Below are positions 10,136 through 21,700 of a stretch of DNA of 64,000 nt, piece after piece. The stretch is from Andalucia godoyi And28. Lineage: Eukaryota > Protista > Jakobida. The notes under the pieces are model-generated. The model had not been told where the DNA came from, did no database searches, and saw only the letters and a program-made list of their open reading frames with translations. The translations under genes and the position numbers were made by a program. Position 1 is the stretch's first letter, and each line of letters opens with the position of its first letter. Location of the stretch: the NCBI GenBank assembly GCA_009859145.1, contig VRVR01000027.1, positions 1 through 64,000 of the forward strand. Direction: 5' to 3'.

Positions 10136-13048
10136 ATGCAAGGCAAAAGCGTGCCCTTTGCACCGGTTTCTTTGCTAATCGTGTTGACATGGCTTCTTTG
10201 TGCACCCTCTTTCTGCAACGCTCAGTGCAACGCTTGCAAGTGGAAAGTGCCACTGGGAACCTCAAGTTTTACCACTTATGACGGTTCCATATTTCTTGAT
10301 TCTGTGCGAAACGTTCTATACCTTCCGACAGGATACGAGTATGGAATGGCCTCTGTGCGAGCCTTGAACGCATCTACTGGTTCGGTATTGTGGACATTCC
10401 CGGGAAATTCGACTTTCAACAAGATTGTTGCAAATGACAAGAGAGTTTTTGTGGGGAACAACGACGGCTTCATATATGCCCTGAACGCGGTTGATGGAAC
10501 TGTGAAATGGAACATCTCGAATGGTTGCTCCAGGATGATGAATCTGCAACCGTTGCTCGTCAATGATACGCTAATCTTTATGGACAATTCTCTGTTTACA
10601 AACATTTGGGCAGTATGGGAGAGAAACGGGACGGTGAAATGGAAAGCATCCTATAACGAGTGGGGATACAGCTATTCAGCAAGTGATATGGAGTATGATT
10701 CCTTTGCCAATACCCTTATTATTGGTTGTGATGACTCCAAACTGTACCGCGTGAATGCCACAGATGGACGTCTGGTTTCTACCATTCTCTTGGGAGGTGA
10801 CGTTCGGGGTTTTCCGCTTGTCAGCAATATCAGCGGAATCCCATCGGTGTATGTCGGTGCCGAAGATGGCTTCTTTTATGCGATTGCCATAGACGCTCCC
10901 AATGGGGCAATGTCAGTTTTGTGGAAAGCCGACATAGGACCTTGGGTCTCGTACTACACAATGAAAACAAAAGCTGCGGTTTCAAAGATCGATGGGTCGA
11001 TCATTGTTGGCTCATCCTTCACCACTCGAACAAATGCAGGACGGTTATGGTCTTTGAATTCGTCATCAGGTGGCGTGTTGTGGTTCCGAGATGCCAATGC
11101 CGACTTCGGAAGTCCACTGGTTTCCGAAGGAATGGTTTATGTTGGTACGGGATTTTCTCTACGTTCTATCTTGGCTTTCAATTTGTCAACAGGTGTCGAC
11201 ATTTTCAGGTTTGGAGGCCCAAGCACGATGAACAATGGAATGCTTTTCAAATCAAACGGCCTCCTTTACGCTGCTTCTGTCTTCAGTTTTGCATTTGCAA
11301 TTAACATCTCAGCGGCGCCAGAATCATGCAATAGGAACGGATTTTGCAATTACAACAATTCGTGTTCCTGCAACGATGCATGGTACGGCCCGACTTGTAA
11401 CGTTTTCTGCAACGCTTCCGAGACTTGCTCAGGCAAGGGCTCCTGTTGGTACAAGGATGGAAGCTGCAGGTGTTCTAGAGATTGGACCGGTCAAACCTGT
11501 AACTGTAGTCGAACGGAAACGTGCAATGGACGAGGCGCTTGCAATCCAAATGGCACCTGTGCATGCAACAGCGGAGCATTTGGTCCGTTTTGCAACCTCA
11601 GTCGTCTTGTTTGCAACGAAACAACATGCTCTGGCCACGGTGTCTGCAATCCCGACAACAGCTGCACATGTGACAGCGGCTGGATGAACAGCATCTGCAG
11701 TTTCAGAATCCCGTGCTCCTCTTCATCGCAATGCTCTGGTCATGGAAGCTGCGGGACCGATCATACATGTCATTGTTCCCCTGGATGGACAGGCTGGAAT
11801 TGCAATACCACTTTGTCGTGTGATCGTCCCACAACATGTTTCAATCACGGAGCCTGCGCTAGTGATGGTGGTTGCCTCTGCGACGGCGGCTGGAGCGGTC
11901 CGAGATGCAACATCTCTGTGGTGCAAACCACGAACATCTCCTGCACTGCTGCGCTCAACTGCTCGTCGCACGGTGCGTGTTCTGCCAACGGAAGTTGCGT
12001 TTGCCATGATGGCTGGAGCGGTCCGAGATGCAACATCTCTGTGGTGCAAACCACGAATGTCTCGTGCACTGCTGTGGCCAACTGCTCGTCGCACGGTGCA
12101 TGTTCTGCCAACGGAAGTTGCGTTTGCGATGACGGCTGGAGCGGTTCAAGATGCAGTTTCTCAACATTGCCGGCCGGGAACCATTCATGCATCGCGAACA
12201 GTACTTGTTCAGGTCATGGATCTTGCAAGGATAACAACGCTTGTCAGTGTGACTCTGGATGGACGGGTCTCAGTTGCAACATGACGTCGCTGCCAAGCGA
12301 GGAATGCTCGAACAACACAACATGCTCGTCGCACGGTGTTTGTTCTTCCAATAGCAGTTGTCTCTGCGACAGTGGTTGGGCTGGTGAGCATTGCAACGTC
12401 AGCGCGTCACTAACGGCGAATTCTTCGTGCATCGCAAACAGCACGTGCTCTGGTCACGGTCTCTGCAGCGACAATAATACTTGTGTCTGTGACGACAAAT
12501 GGATCGGTCCCGCCTGCAACATATCGTCGATTCCAAGGGAATTATGCTTCAACAACACAACATGTTCAGGAAGAGGCAACTGTTCAGCCAATGGCAGTTG
12601 CCTTTGTAATGGGGGTTGGAGTGGTCCAAGGTGCAACATTTCAGTGGCGCAGATCACGAACAGTTCGTGCACCTCCGCCATCAACTGTTCATCGCACGGA
12701 GTCTGCACAGCAAATGGAAGTTGCAACTGCACGAGCGGATGGACTGGAGAGCAATGCAACATTTCATCACCCCCAGATCCCAGTGTTTCATGCAATCCGA
12801 GCATTACGTGTTCCGGCCACGGTCAATGCGACAACAACAACACGTGTGTGTGCGATTCTGACTGGTATGGTTCTCAATGCGACTTCTTTTGCAACGAAGG
12901 TGATGCCCAGTGTCAGTGCTTGAAACAATCCTCAATTGCTGCCGTGAAATGTCAAACATCAGGCCTCGATGAATTCCATCGTGGGCAAGGCATCGACACT
13001 CTGTTGTGCCAAACAGCGACTCTGATCGGTTGGTGGATGTTCTTTTAA
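10136..13048 (+). CDS. Surface glycoprotein: signal peptide + PQQ/BamB-like beta-propeller + 14 tenascin-type EGF repeats + short hydrophobic C-terminus
   Basis: Signal MQGKSVPFAPVSLLIVLTWLLCAPSFCNA; propeller blades such as ALNASTGSVLWTF, ALNAVDGTVKWNI, SLNSSSGGVLWFR; 14 counted repeats of C(S)xHGxCxxxxxCxCxxGWxGxxC; many N-x-S/T sequons. Confidence 0.9.
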   Translation: MQGKSVPFAPVSLLIVLTWLLCAPSFCNAQCNACKWKVPLGTSSFTTYDGSIFLDSVRNVLYLPTGYEYGMASVRALNASTGSVLWTFPGNSTFNKIVANDKRVFVGNNDGFIYALNAVDGTVKWNISNGCSRMMNLQPLLVNDTLIFMDNSLFTNIWAVWERNGTVKWKASYNEWGYSYSASDMEYDSFANTLIIGCDDSKLYRVNATDGRLVSTILLGGDVRGFPLVSNISGIPSVYVGAEDGFFYAIAIDAPNGAMSVLWKADIGPWVSYYTMKTKAAVSKIDGSIIVGSSFTTRTNAGRLWSLNSSSGGVLWFRDANADFGSPLVSEGMVYVGTGFSLRSILAFNLSTGVDIFRFGGPSTMNNGMLFKSNGLLYAASVFSFAFAINISAAPESCNRNGFCNYNNSCSCNDAWYGPTCNVFCNASETCSGKGSCWYKDGSCRCSRDWTGQTCNCSRTETCNGRGACNPNGTCACNSGAFGPFCNLSRLVCNETTCSGHGVCNPDNSCTCDSGWMNSICSFRIPCSSSSQCSGHGSCGTDHTCHCSPGWTGWNCNTTLSCDRPTTCFNHGACASDGGCLCDGGWSGPRCNISVVQTTNISCTAALNCSSHGACSANGSCVCHDGWSGPRCNISVVQTTNVSCTAVANCSSHGACSANGSCVCDDGWSGSRCSFSTLPAGNHSCIANSTCSGHGSCKDNNACQCDSGWTGLSCNMTSLPSEECSNNTTCSSHGVCSSNSSCLCDSGWAGEHCNVSASLTANSSCIANSTCSGHGLCSDNNTCVCDDKWIGPACNISSIPRELCFNNTTCSGRGNCSANGSCLCNGGWSGPRCNISVAQITNSSCTSAINCSSHGVCTANGSCNCTSGWTGEQCNISSPPDPSVSCNPSITCSGHGQCDNNNTCVCDSDWYGSQCDFFCNEGDAQCQCLKQSSIAAVKCQTSGLDEFHRGQGIDTLLCQTATLIGWWMFF
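11888..12133 (+). repeat. Near-identical 123-bp (41-aa) tandem duplication of an EGF repeat unit
   Basis: ggctggagcggtccgagatgcaacatctctgtggtgcaaaccacgaa begins at both 11888 and 12011. Confidence 0.9.
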
Positions 13049-13665
13049 GGAAAACCACTTCCAAGAGACGAACCTGCAAATCGTTCGTTACCCGGATACG
13101 TACGTCATCATGAGGACATTACGCGCGAGTGTTCGCAGGTCTCGGAGCGTGTGGAGATGGTAAAACAGACTCACATGCCGTCACTAGGAGTTCAGATGAA
13201 TGATCCGATCGACACTGTCGAAGTTCAACAAGTATCATTCCAGTGTCAGAATGCACATTCTGTGCCACTGCATTGGACGCTTCCGATTTTAACAGTTCGA
13301 TTATCTTGAGGAATACTTATCCAAATCAGCATGATTAAGATGCAGCCTTTCATCGATCACGAGAGAGCAGCTGAGGACATGAGAGGGTAGACTGAGGGTT
13401 GCATAATAAACGAATCTGATGAAGAACTCGCATTGCATGTATTTCGCCCAAAGATGAGCCATGACAAGGTCAAGAAAATCTTTGAAACGGATACTCGCGA
13501 CACGCATCAGGTCGCAATGCAATAAAAATGCAATCATGGAGATAAAAGCCAATAGAAAAGAGCTAATTCCCTCTGAAATATGAATTTTTGACGATCCATG
13601 ACAAAATGATTCGGGCTCTGAACAAAATGTGGATAGTGCGCAATGTTGAAATACGAACTGCGCCA

Positions 13666-13787
13666 TGTTGGAAATGCACGTTTTCGCATTCCACGGGTAG
13701 TTTGCAAACCGTTTGCCGCAGTTGGTATTCTTTTACGCCAAACGGATTGCTAACAATCTATTTACTGCTGAACATGCATTTCCAACA
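13666..13787. mobile_element. 122-bp element with 13-bp terminal inverted repeats (MITE- or solo-LTR-like)
   Basis: TGTTGGAAATGCA at 13666-13678 and TGCATTTCCAACA at 13775-13787. No convincing 4-8 bp target-site duplication. Confidence 0.5.
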
Positions 13788-14249
13788 CAGATTGAATTCT
13801 GAACCGTGAATTGTTGAAACGGGCGTTTTCAACAGCAATTCAGCCTCCAGGAATTATTGTAATATACCGTAAAGATATAGAGTCAGGGATTACTTAGATA
13901 GTATTTTTGGGTTACATTATTATAGAAGAATAAAACAAACACATAAAACACATACACAGCTCTTAAATACAAACTCAGAGCCTGTTCTCCTATAACAACA
14001 TACAGTACGTCATCTAAACGTAAACTGTATATCATGCAGACATCACATATACATCATGTGTATGTCTACTGTAGTTGACTACATTCGTTAAGACACTGTA
14101 ACTCAACACACACATGAACCCACACGTCATTACATGAAACGACACGTCATTCCCACTACTGAAGACACAACTTGAAGTTGTCCAATAAATCAGCTGTACT
14201 CGACTACAGCGACTCATACGTGACTGGACATCTCAACAGTCGATCACAC

Positions 14250-14313
14250 TGTTGGAAATGCACGTATCGCATTCCACAGGTAGCTTGCAAACCTTTTGCC
14301 GCAGTTGGTATTT
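14250..14313 (+). repeat. Second, partial copy (~64 bp) of the left part of the 13666 element
   Basis: tgttggaaatgcacgtatcgcattccacaggtagcttgcaaaccttttgccgcagttggtattt matches 13666-13730 with few differences. Confidence 0.85.
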
Positions 14314-14918
14314 CAATACACACAAATCGCACCCCAACCCTTTCTTGTGATGAAAGTGGCTGGTGACAAAGCGGATGTGCCGCGTGTTCTCTTTGAATGC
14401 CCACTGATCCAACGATCAAATGAAACGGAACTTCCTGGGTCCCCTTGGATGACAAGACTCTTCCTTTCGTAGCGGGAGGTGGAGAAACTGAGATTCGACC
14501 CTTTTCAGGCTCCAAAATCGCCTTCAACAGCTTCAATGTTTCGCACATTGCCTTTGTTAGCCTCCACACATACCCGTATGCTGATTGGATACAGCGTGAC
14601 TGGAGGTGTCTGTATGTTGTATTTACACTGTGCAAAGAGACGGGGAAGGAACAACCAAATTTTCCAGTCTTTCCCCAATCTGGCATCTCCGAAACGTCTT
14701 TGGACCACGACGCATCACTCATTCTTGTGAGAAGGTGAGTCTTGCGTTCATTCTTCTGCTCCATCGTTCCAGCTGGACTTGCAGTGAACTGAATGCAATC
14801 ATCGACGTGCATTTCCGCGAACATCGTCATCGCCACTTCTTCAAGTCTGATCGGCCTCCAGCATCCGTTGCTCGACAGCCGTCATTTCATCGCGGACCCG
14901 ACTCACATCGACCACGAG

Positions 14919-17077
14919 CTACGGTCGGCACTTCGCATCCGACAGCGCGGTAGTCCATTTCTGCTTTTCGGCCTCCGAATCCACGACAAACAGCAACGAC
15001 CACTTGTCGTTGCCTTGTGTTTCGAGATAGAGCGCGAGGTCTTCATTCTGATTCTGCAGGTTCAGTTTCAAATCCTCGTTGGCATGATGATCATACGGCG
15101 CGATGCAAGAAATGGAGGCGACAGGACGACGCGGATCGGCGGCTGTCCCACCGCAGTCGCATACCAGAAATGGTCCGCATCGAGGTGTGCGACTCGCTGT
15201 TTCCAGTTCTTGACTTTGTGTCCCTGCTTGGTTATCGACCCCTCGCATGGTAGGCGGTGATCCAGCGTCGACAGATCCAACTGCAACGCAGTGTGTCGCA
15301 CTTGAAGTGCACGCAACTGCTCGGCCAGAGACACAAACATCTTGCTGCGAGCCTCGCGCTCAAGGATGCGAGGCACGTGCGACCGACACGAGGCGCAGCA
15401 CCATTGCATCATCTCCGGGTCCCACGAAAATGTTTGGAAGAACCCAGCAGCACGCAGCGACTCTAGAAGTTCGTCTTGCTCGACCGAGGTCATCAGTGCA
15501 CCGCCATGATTTTCTTGCAGCTGACGGCACATGGTTGCGAACTCGCCGTCACTTGGCGCCTTGAGCTTCTGATAGATGCTCGCAATGGAAGTCATGGCAT
15601 GAGCGGCCGATGCCGTCGCAAGCGAGACAGCAAGCGAGAGCGACGCCATGCTGACCTTGATCCATTTGCGCCAGTTCGCGGTCCGCACTGCAAAGAGGGG
15701 CACTGCGTCGTCGCCAAACAAGCAACACTCGCGGAGGTCTGAAAAATCAGCCGCGGTATCGTCGCCGTGACCAGCACGGCCGTTGCATGAGCAGTCGCAA
15801 GAGAAATGAAGCTCGACGGACACGCGGAGAACATTCGCATCACGCACAACGATGCGGCGCGGCACCGGCACGCGGCGGACAAACTCGTCCACTTGCTTGC
15901 GGAGATCCGCGAGTTGTGATTCGAGGATCCCGCGCAGTTCACGAACGTCTTCTTGCTGCAGTTGCTGCGCATCAAGTTCGTTGACATCGCTCTGCACTTG
16001 CGCCAAGTCGATCGCCATTTCGGCAACACGCTCCTTCACCTGTCCGACCTCGTCAGCGAGCGACTGGTGTGCCACACGCTCGGCATCCACTTGTCCGACA
16101 ATCAGTTCGATCGCCGTTCGCATCTCGACCATCTCGCTGCATGACGCCATCAAACCCCCCTCCAACATTTTTTGCATTGTGGTGAGCCGCTCCTCGACCA
16201 TGGCATCGCGGATGGCCAGCTCAACTGGAAGCGAGTGCATCGGCTTCCCCGCCACAACGGTGTCCAGCAGATCCTGGAGCACAATCACCGCATCGAACTC
16301 CACCGCATCCACAGAGTCGCCATTGGCGATCTGGGCGAACGACAGATGCGGCGCCAAGTCCGCGCCCTCCAGTTCAGGCAACGGTGGAAGCACAAAGTCA
16401 TTCGGCGTCAGGGATCTGAAGAGGACGGCAGACGGCCGGTCCGCAACTGCGCCCTCCAAGTCCGCTGGACGCAGAATGGTCGGGAATGCGCTGACGACGC
16501 TGGAGCATATCGACACAACACACTGCCGCAATTGCATCAGGCCGTTCGTGACCGGGGTGCCATGCTTCAGGGCAGTCAACGCAACACGGACAAAGTACGT
16601 TACGTTGTCGAGGCAGGTCTTGCCGATCGCAATGCAGACAATGCACAGCGAGTCGGCGGCGGCAGCTGGAAGGCTTGCCGAGAACAACAGTCCCTCGAAG
16701 AAAGTGCGGTAGGGAACAAGTGCGATCGGCTCGAGGATCGCGATCGAAGAGAGGACACGCATCACCGCCATGACTGCCGACAAATGCGCTGTGCGGAGCA
16801 GAAGCAGTGTTTGTTGGATGTTGGATCCCGGGAGACCCGTCATGGAAGCGATGAACCGCTGCGAGCACAACGGGTGGTCGACCCATCCAACGATAGGAGC
16901 GATCCCAGAGTTGCCTGGGCGAAGTTTCTTTCGCTCTTTTCCAGAAATCAGATGACTCAAACACGGATTCCAGAAGCGAGCAGGTGATCCATCGGCATCT
17001 GCAACAGCAAGACCATCAACAAGCACACCTTTTGGCGGAGGCTGAATGTTGGAAAAGGATGCCTGACCCGGATACAT
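14919..17077 (-). CDS. Helical/coiled-coil protein with a Cys-containing domain and a C-terminal PH domain; frameshift near 15125
   Basis: Coiled coil (LADEVGQVKERVAEMAIDLAQVQSDVNELD). The PH N-half EGSITKQGHKVKNWKQRVAHLD lies in ORF 15068-17170; the PH C-terminal helix DSEAEKQKWTTALSDA lies in the other frame (ORF 14919-15248). Start taken at ATG 17077 (uncertain). Confidence 0.65.
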
Positions 17078-17166
17078 CTGGTTTACGGACTGATAAATGA
17101 AACAAGTCTGGCTCACAATATCAAGAACAAAACCGAGAGTAAACTCTTTGAGTCTTGACTGCTTTA

Positions 17167-18384
17167 TCAACGGCCATCGTCCACCAGTCGATTAATCATC
17201 GTGGTGACGAAGCGAGTGGCGTAGTCAACGGCATTTCGGATGTTCGCATCTCTGTCGTGACCATTGCCGCTGTCGCTGAAGCCCTTGGCAGCAGGCAACA
17301 GCATCGTACAATTGGCTCGTGTCTTCCCAACATTGTCCTCCGCAACAGCCGACCACAGATGCGCAATCTCCATGTCCAAGCATCTCGCTTGATACTCTGT
17401 CAACAAGGCCGCAACTTGCTGCTCATTGTCCGTCGCGGCATTCCCGACCGTTGACAACACACGCGTGGCCTGCTGACGATCATGTGCGTCTCCAGCACGC
17501 CCAACCAATTGTACTCTCCGAACTTTCTCATACTCGCGCCAAGCTTCCGTGGCCGCTGCATGTGCCTGAACAAACAGGACTTCCGACGTATCCTCGACAA
17601 TCGCTTCCGTAATCAGGTACACCGTCGCCACGACACTCGGATGTGTCGATGGCGTGTCTTCTGCCCGACCTGCACAACATCCGACCGTCGTTACATGCGT
17701 CGGCTTAAATGTGCTGATAAGTTGGCGGTACTTGTCGACAGCAGGCTCTCCCATCGTGTACGCCGCAGCAAAGACGATTTTCGATCCATTGTGCGAATAC
17801 TCGATGTATCGCATGGCATCGCCACTGCCAACCGTTCCTCGGTTCACCTTATTCCACCCAACATTGTTAGCGATAGCAGTTGCATATCCCCATTCATGAT
17901 CCTTTGCCACAACGACCAGAATCGTTTTGGTAGCCGGTGGATTCGCACGCTCAAACGTGACCTCGCTGCGAGTAAATACACGGTTCGAGGCAGTGCTAGC
18001 GGCTGCTGATCCTGATCCTCCATGTGCTCCAGATGCACCAGCGATACTTGCTGTATTAACAGGCGTATTCGAGGAGGGAAACAAAATAGCCTTGACATCC
18101 GCCAACACCGTCGGATTCCGAGACAGAAATTCGTAGAAAAGGGGCGCAGCATTTGGACGCATGGGACTAATGACGATCCTTTGCATCCACCGCTTCACAG
18201 CAGCTTCTGGATCGGACATCGCCAGCACGGCATTCGATTGTCCAGGGTCAATGGTGTTCAAGTGGTGAACAGCTGCTTTGAAGACAGCATCATGATGCTG
18301 CACAAAATACTCGAGGAACGCGGACAGGTTCGCATTAAATGCATTTTCCAACTCCTTTTGCGTCCAGGCCGAAGAAGAAGACAT
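17167..18384 (-). CDS. Domain X (CARD-like) + purine nucleoside phosphorylase / MTA-SAH nucleosidase superfamily (PNP_UDP_1-like) effector, 405 aa
   Basis: ATG at 18384: MSSSSAWTQKELENAFNANLSAFLEYF...LADVKAILFP (domain X), a Ser/Ala/Gly linker, then PNP-family motifs ILVVVAKDHE, VTTVGCCAG, CLDME, AAKGFSD. Confidence 0.9.
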   Translation of the reverse strand: MSSSSAWTQKELENAFNANLSAFLEYFVQHHDAVFKAAVHHLNTIDPGQSNAVLAMSDPEAAVKRWMQRIVISPMRPNAAPLFYEFLSRNPTVLADVKAILFPSSNTPVNTASIAGASGAHGGSGSAAASTASNRVFTRSEVTFERANPPATKTILVVVAKDHEWGYATAIANNVGWNKVNRGTVGSGDAMRYIEYSHNGSKIVFAAAYTMGEPAVDKYRQLISTFKPTHVTTVGCCAGRAEDTPSTHPSVVATVYLITEAIVEDTSEVLFVQAHAAATEAWREYEKVRRVQLVGRAGDAHDRQQATRVLSTVGNAATDNEQQVAALLTEYQARCLDMEIAHLWSAVAEDNVGKTRANCTMLLPAAKGFSDSGNGHDRDANIRNAVDYATRFVTTMINRLVDDGR

Positions 18385-18777
18385 GGCGGGGGCGCGATGC
18401 ACAAAGTCACAAGCGGTTGGAAATACTCCCCAAAGGAAAATTCTGGCCAGCAGGAAAGACGAAAAGAATCGGTGGTCCCCAAACGATTCGGGAACTTCAT
18501 CGAGTCGGGAGACTGTTGGCATTCTGAATTTCAGCTTGTCAGGCCGGACATCGCGACTGGAGTTCTCGTTTGGACCTTGGATGCCGTTGATGGGGCATCT
18601 GCAACGACGACAGCTCAGCACCTCAGCTCGCTGTCAGTCTGTCACAGCAAGTCTGCCACACGTGTCATCCCGGCCCAGCCTGGACTGAGAGAATTTGTAT
18701 TTTTGCTCCACCTTCTTTTCAGATGGAATCTTTTCCTTTGCTTCTTCCATTTTTGCATACAATTGTGCAGAAGAAGA
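18385..18777. promoter_or_regulatory. Putative bidirectional promoter between the X-PNP and ROCO-X genes
   Basis: 393-bp gap between two divergent ATGs (18384 minus, 18778 plus), with a pyrimidine-rich tract just before 18778. Function is inferred from position only. Confidence 0.45.
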
Positions 18778-21700
18778 ATGTCGTATTTCCCAGAGTGGGG
18801 GACAAGTAATGGTCTGGTGTTCACTCCATGCGGCCCAGGTACTAACAGGCTGTGCGTGATATCAACGGCAGGGAATGCGGATGACGCGCGGGCTTTCTTG
18901 CGACTGTGGAAGAAGGAGATGCAGCATCGAGTTGTATTTTGGGATTTCTTTCGTTTCCGGAATTCTTTCATCTCGTTTGAAGAGTTTCCATGGTTAAGAG
19001 ATGCGGTCGGCGTTCCTCATCTTGTGTCGTTTTCTCTAGATCAGAGAGCAACTCATGTCACTTTGGATAGTTCCGGAAACTTCAGCATGGAAAGAGATGG
19101 TGTTTCCAGGAACGTTGAGACGGATTTCCCAGGATATTCGCAGTATTGCAAAATGTTTTGGATTTTGCGCTATGCACCGTCAGAATGGGACGCCTTGATT
19201 TTCGGATTGTTTGCGGCCGATTTTCTGCCTGACCTCCTCCACATGGTGCAACACGCAATGGCACAATCCTCAAGAAGAGGCCACACAGTACTCGCCATGG
19301 CTGGTAAGTCTAGTGAACTCAAAAAATCAATACTCTCATCGATTCCAGGATGCCTCTTCCGTGAGCTCTGTTCTATTCTGGCCTTCGATGCCCAACTACC
19401 AAAAAGGTACCTCTGTTTGTTGAATCCGGATGATGCTGATCATTCCAGAAGCCGGATGCTCCAGTTCGTTGAAGATCGCATCTCTTCGGTGTTGGGTGAA
19501 GTTGCCTCTGGTCTATCATTAACCCCACGTCGCAGGAAGTCCATCCACAGATATTTATCCGGATCATTTGTACGCATTTCGATTGCGCGTCAAATGGCGT
19601 CTGCGGAAGACGATGAGGAGGTGACTCTCATACGATTTGTTGCGAGAATAGCTGTCGATTCCTCCGAGACCGTTCCTCAATTCTCATTGGGCCATGTGCT
19701 GTCCTTGCCTCCTGATTCATCGGCATCATTTGGGCTTCATCTTGTTGTTGAGCAGGCAGTGAGCGAGGTGGATCACGATGTATTCGTGCGCTCGTTTGAC
19801 TACATTGTTGACGGTTCTGCAGTTCTGTCGGGTATCACTGTCCCTCACCGCATCTCGTTGATCAACTCGCTTTCCGACAAAGATGTCCATGCGCAACTCG
19901 CGTGCTTGTTGCTCTCCAAGCTTCCTCCAACGTCGGAAGCACCCAAAATTCCATCCAAGACTACCATTCTTTCCTGGGATTTCGGCACGGTATCTGCGAA
20001 ATTGCCGCGTCGTCGAGTTCTGTTCGTGGGAGAAACACGCGCTGGAAAAACGTCAACCATTCAGCTGCTGCGCGGAGTCGGCAAACAGTGCTTCTGCCGT
20101 ACCGAAGCAGGAACAAATGTCGCAGACCAACAAAGCACCGAAGTTGGAGGGGTGCACATGATGGAAATTGCAGTTGGCGTGGATGGCCGCTCGTGGTCAT
20201 ATGATGCATCGGAACGCGGTGCTGCGGCTGGAGCAGTGTCGCTGTTCCTGCGGTCCGCTGCCAAGGCCCACAGCTTCACTGTCTCTCAGTCTCACTTGGT
20301 GCCACCATCTTCTTCACTCTCGGCGATCGGGCCAGGGTCTGAGGACGCCATCATTCCCGATGCTGCGGAAGGCTCGGCTGATGATTCCCAGCTGGTCAGT
20401 GGAATCCAAGAGTCGGCCACGCCCCTTGCGTCGAACGGCGGTATCGATGATGCGCTCGCCGAGATTCGGAATGCTGCCTCGCATATCCAGTCAAGCTGTG
20501 TATCTGTGTTTGATTTCGCTGGTCAAGATCTGTATCGGTGTCTCGATCCTTTGTTTTTCGCGCCATCCAGCATGTATATTTTGGTATTTGATCTGCTCAA
20601 CTTGTGCGACAATGCAGACATTTCAATGGAACTTCTCGCATCTGAGATCGATCGGTGCATCTTGTCGTGGTTGCGACGGATCTCAGGCATGCTCGCAAAT
20701 GCGGGTTCACAGCTATCGCAGCGTTCAGTTGTTGTTCTTGTTGGCACCCGCGGAAGCCAGTTCGAGACGCATGTCTTTGCCAGCCTTGTTCGTGAAGCAG
20801 TGAGTACGAGCATCAATGATTGCCAAGAGTCTTTTGCAAACTTGGACGTGCATATAGGTGTTACCAACCCCAATAGAGCGCGCGGTGATCCAGATGTTCA
20901 TCCCCATCGACCGTTCTACGTCCTAGAGAATAATCCGCATCTCGAGGGCGGCAATGCGTATGACGACGATCGATTGACGTTTATGAAGAGCTTTTCCGCA
21001 TTCATTTTGCGACAATTTGGTGACTTTGTTTCCGCAAGCCGTCCAGTTCCACTCCGATATCTTTTTTTGGAAGCGTTTGTGCTTCAGCGGTCAGAATGGA
21101 GCGCACGAAGTGTGCTATCCGAGCCAGAGATTCTTTCCTACGTTGTTCCTGCTCTGAACCTTGGTTCCGAGGCCGAAGCCCGCGATGCGCTGGGGGCCCT
21201 CATTGAATCCGGGTCGTTTTTCGGCTTTTGTTCTGGCAGTGGGTTGAATCGTTCCGAAGGGATACCGGAAACATCGACAGTGATTGTCATTCGGCCCATG
21301 GAATTTGTGAGGCGCTGTGCAGCCTTGATCAGTCATCAATTTCTGCGTTCATCTGCCAACGGGTACTTGCAACCAAATTCGTCTCTTTACAATGCACTTT
21401 GGCAGCGAATCGGCGCGATACAGGAAGACGAGGTGCGTCGCATCCTCTGTGTGGGTCCAGTGTCCAATGACGGCTTGTGTGATGAAGAGAAGAATTGCTT
21501 GTTCTCCACGCTCTGCATGATGGGCATCCTCATCCCGATCAGAGTCGTGCAAATGCATTTCAAAAGTCATCCTTCCTATTTTTTGTTTACTCCTCGTCTT
21601 CACATCTTGAGGAGGGAAAACGTTGTGAGGGATCACCTCTTGGATGCGGCGCACGTTTCCACTCAGTTCAGAAGCTGTTCTTTGGCAGTCCAAATCCAAA

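Noticed and set aside
14445-14738. Glycoside hydrolase family 5 fragment (FVSLHTYP)
   Set aside because: A single short motif with no catalytic Glu context.
15852-16987. Long plus-strand ORFs (286 aa, 271 aa)
   Set aside because: Antisense shadows of the GC-rich coiled-coil/PH gene.
18022-18777. N-terminal 252 aa of the 1512-aa ORF as real coding sequence
   Set aside because: It overlaps the X-PNP gene antisense and then the intergenic tract; protein-like sequence starts at ATG 18778.
19680-19870. BTB-like remnant in the ROCO-1 N-terminus (VDHDVFVRSFDYIVDG)
   Set aside because: Only the C-terminal BTB-like motif is visible; not enough to call.
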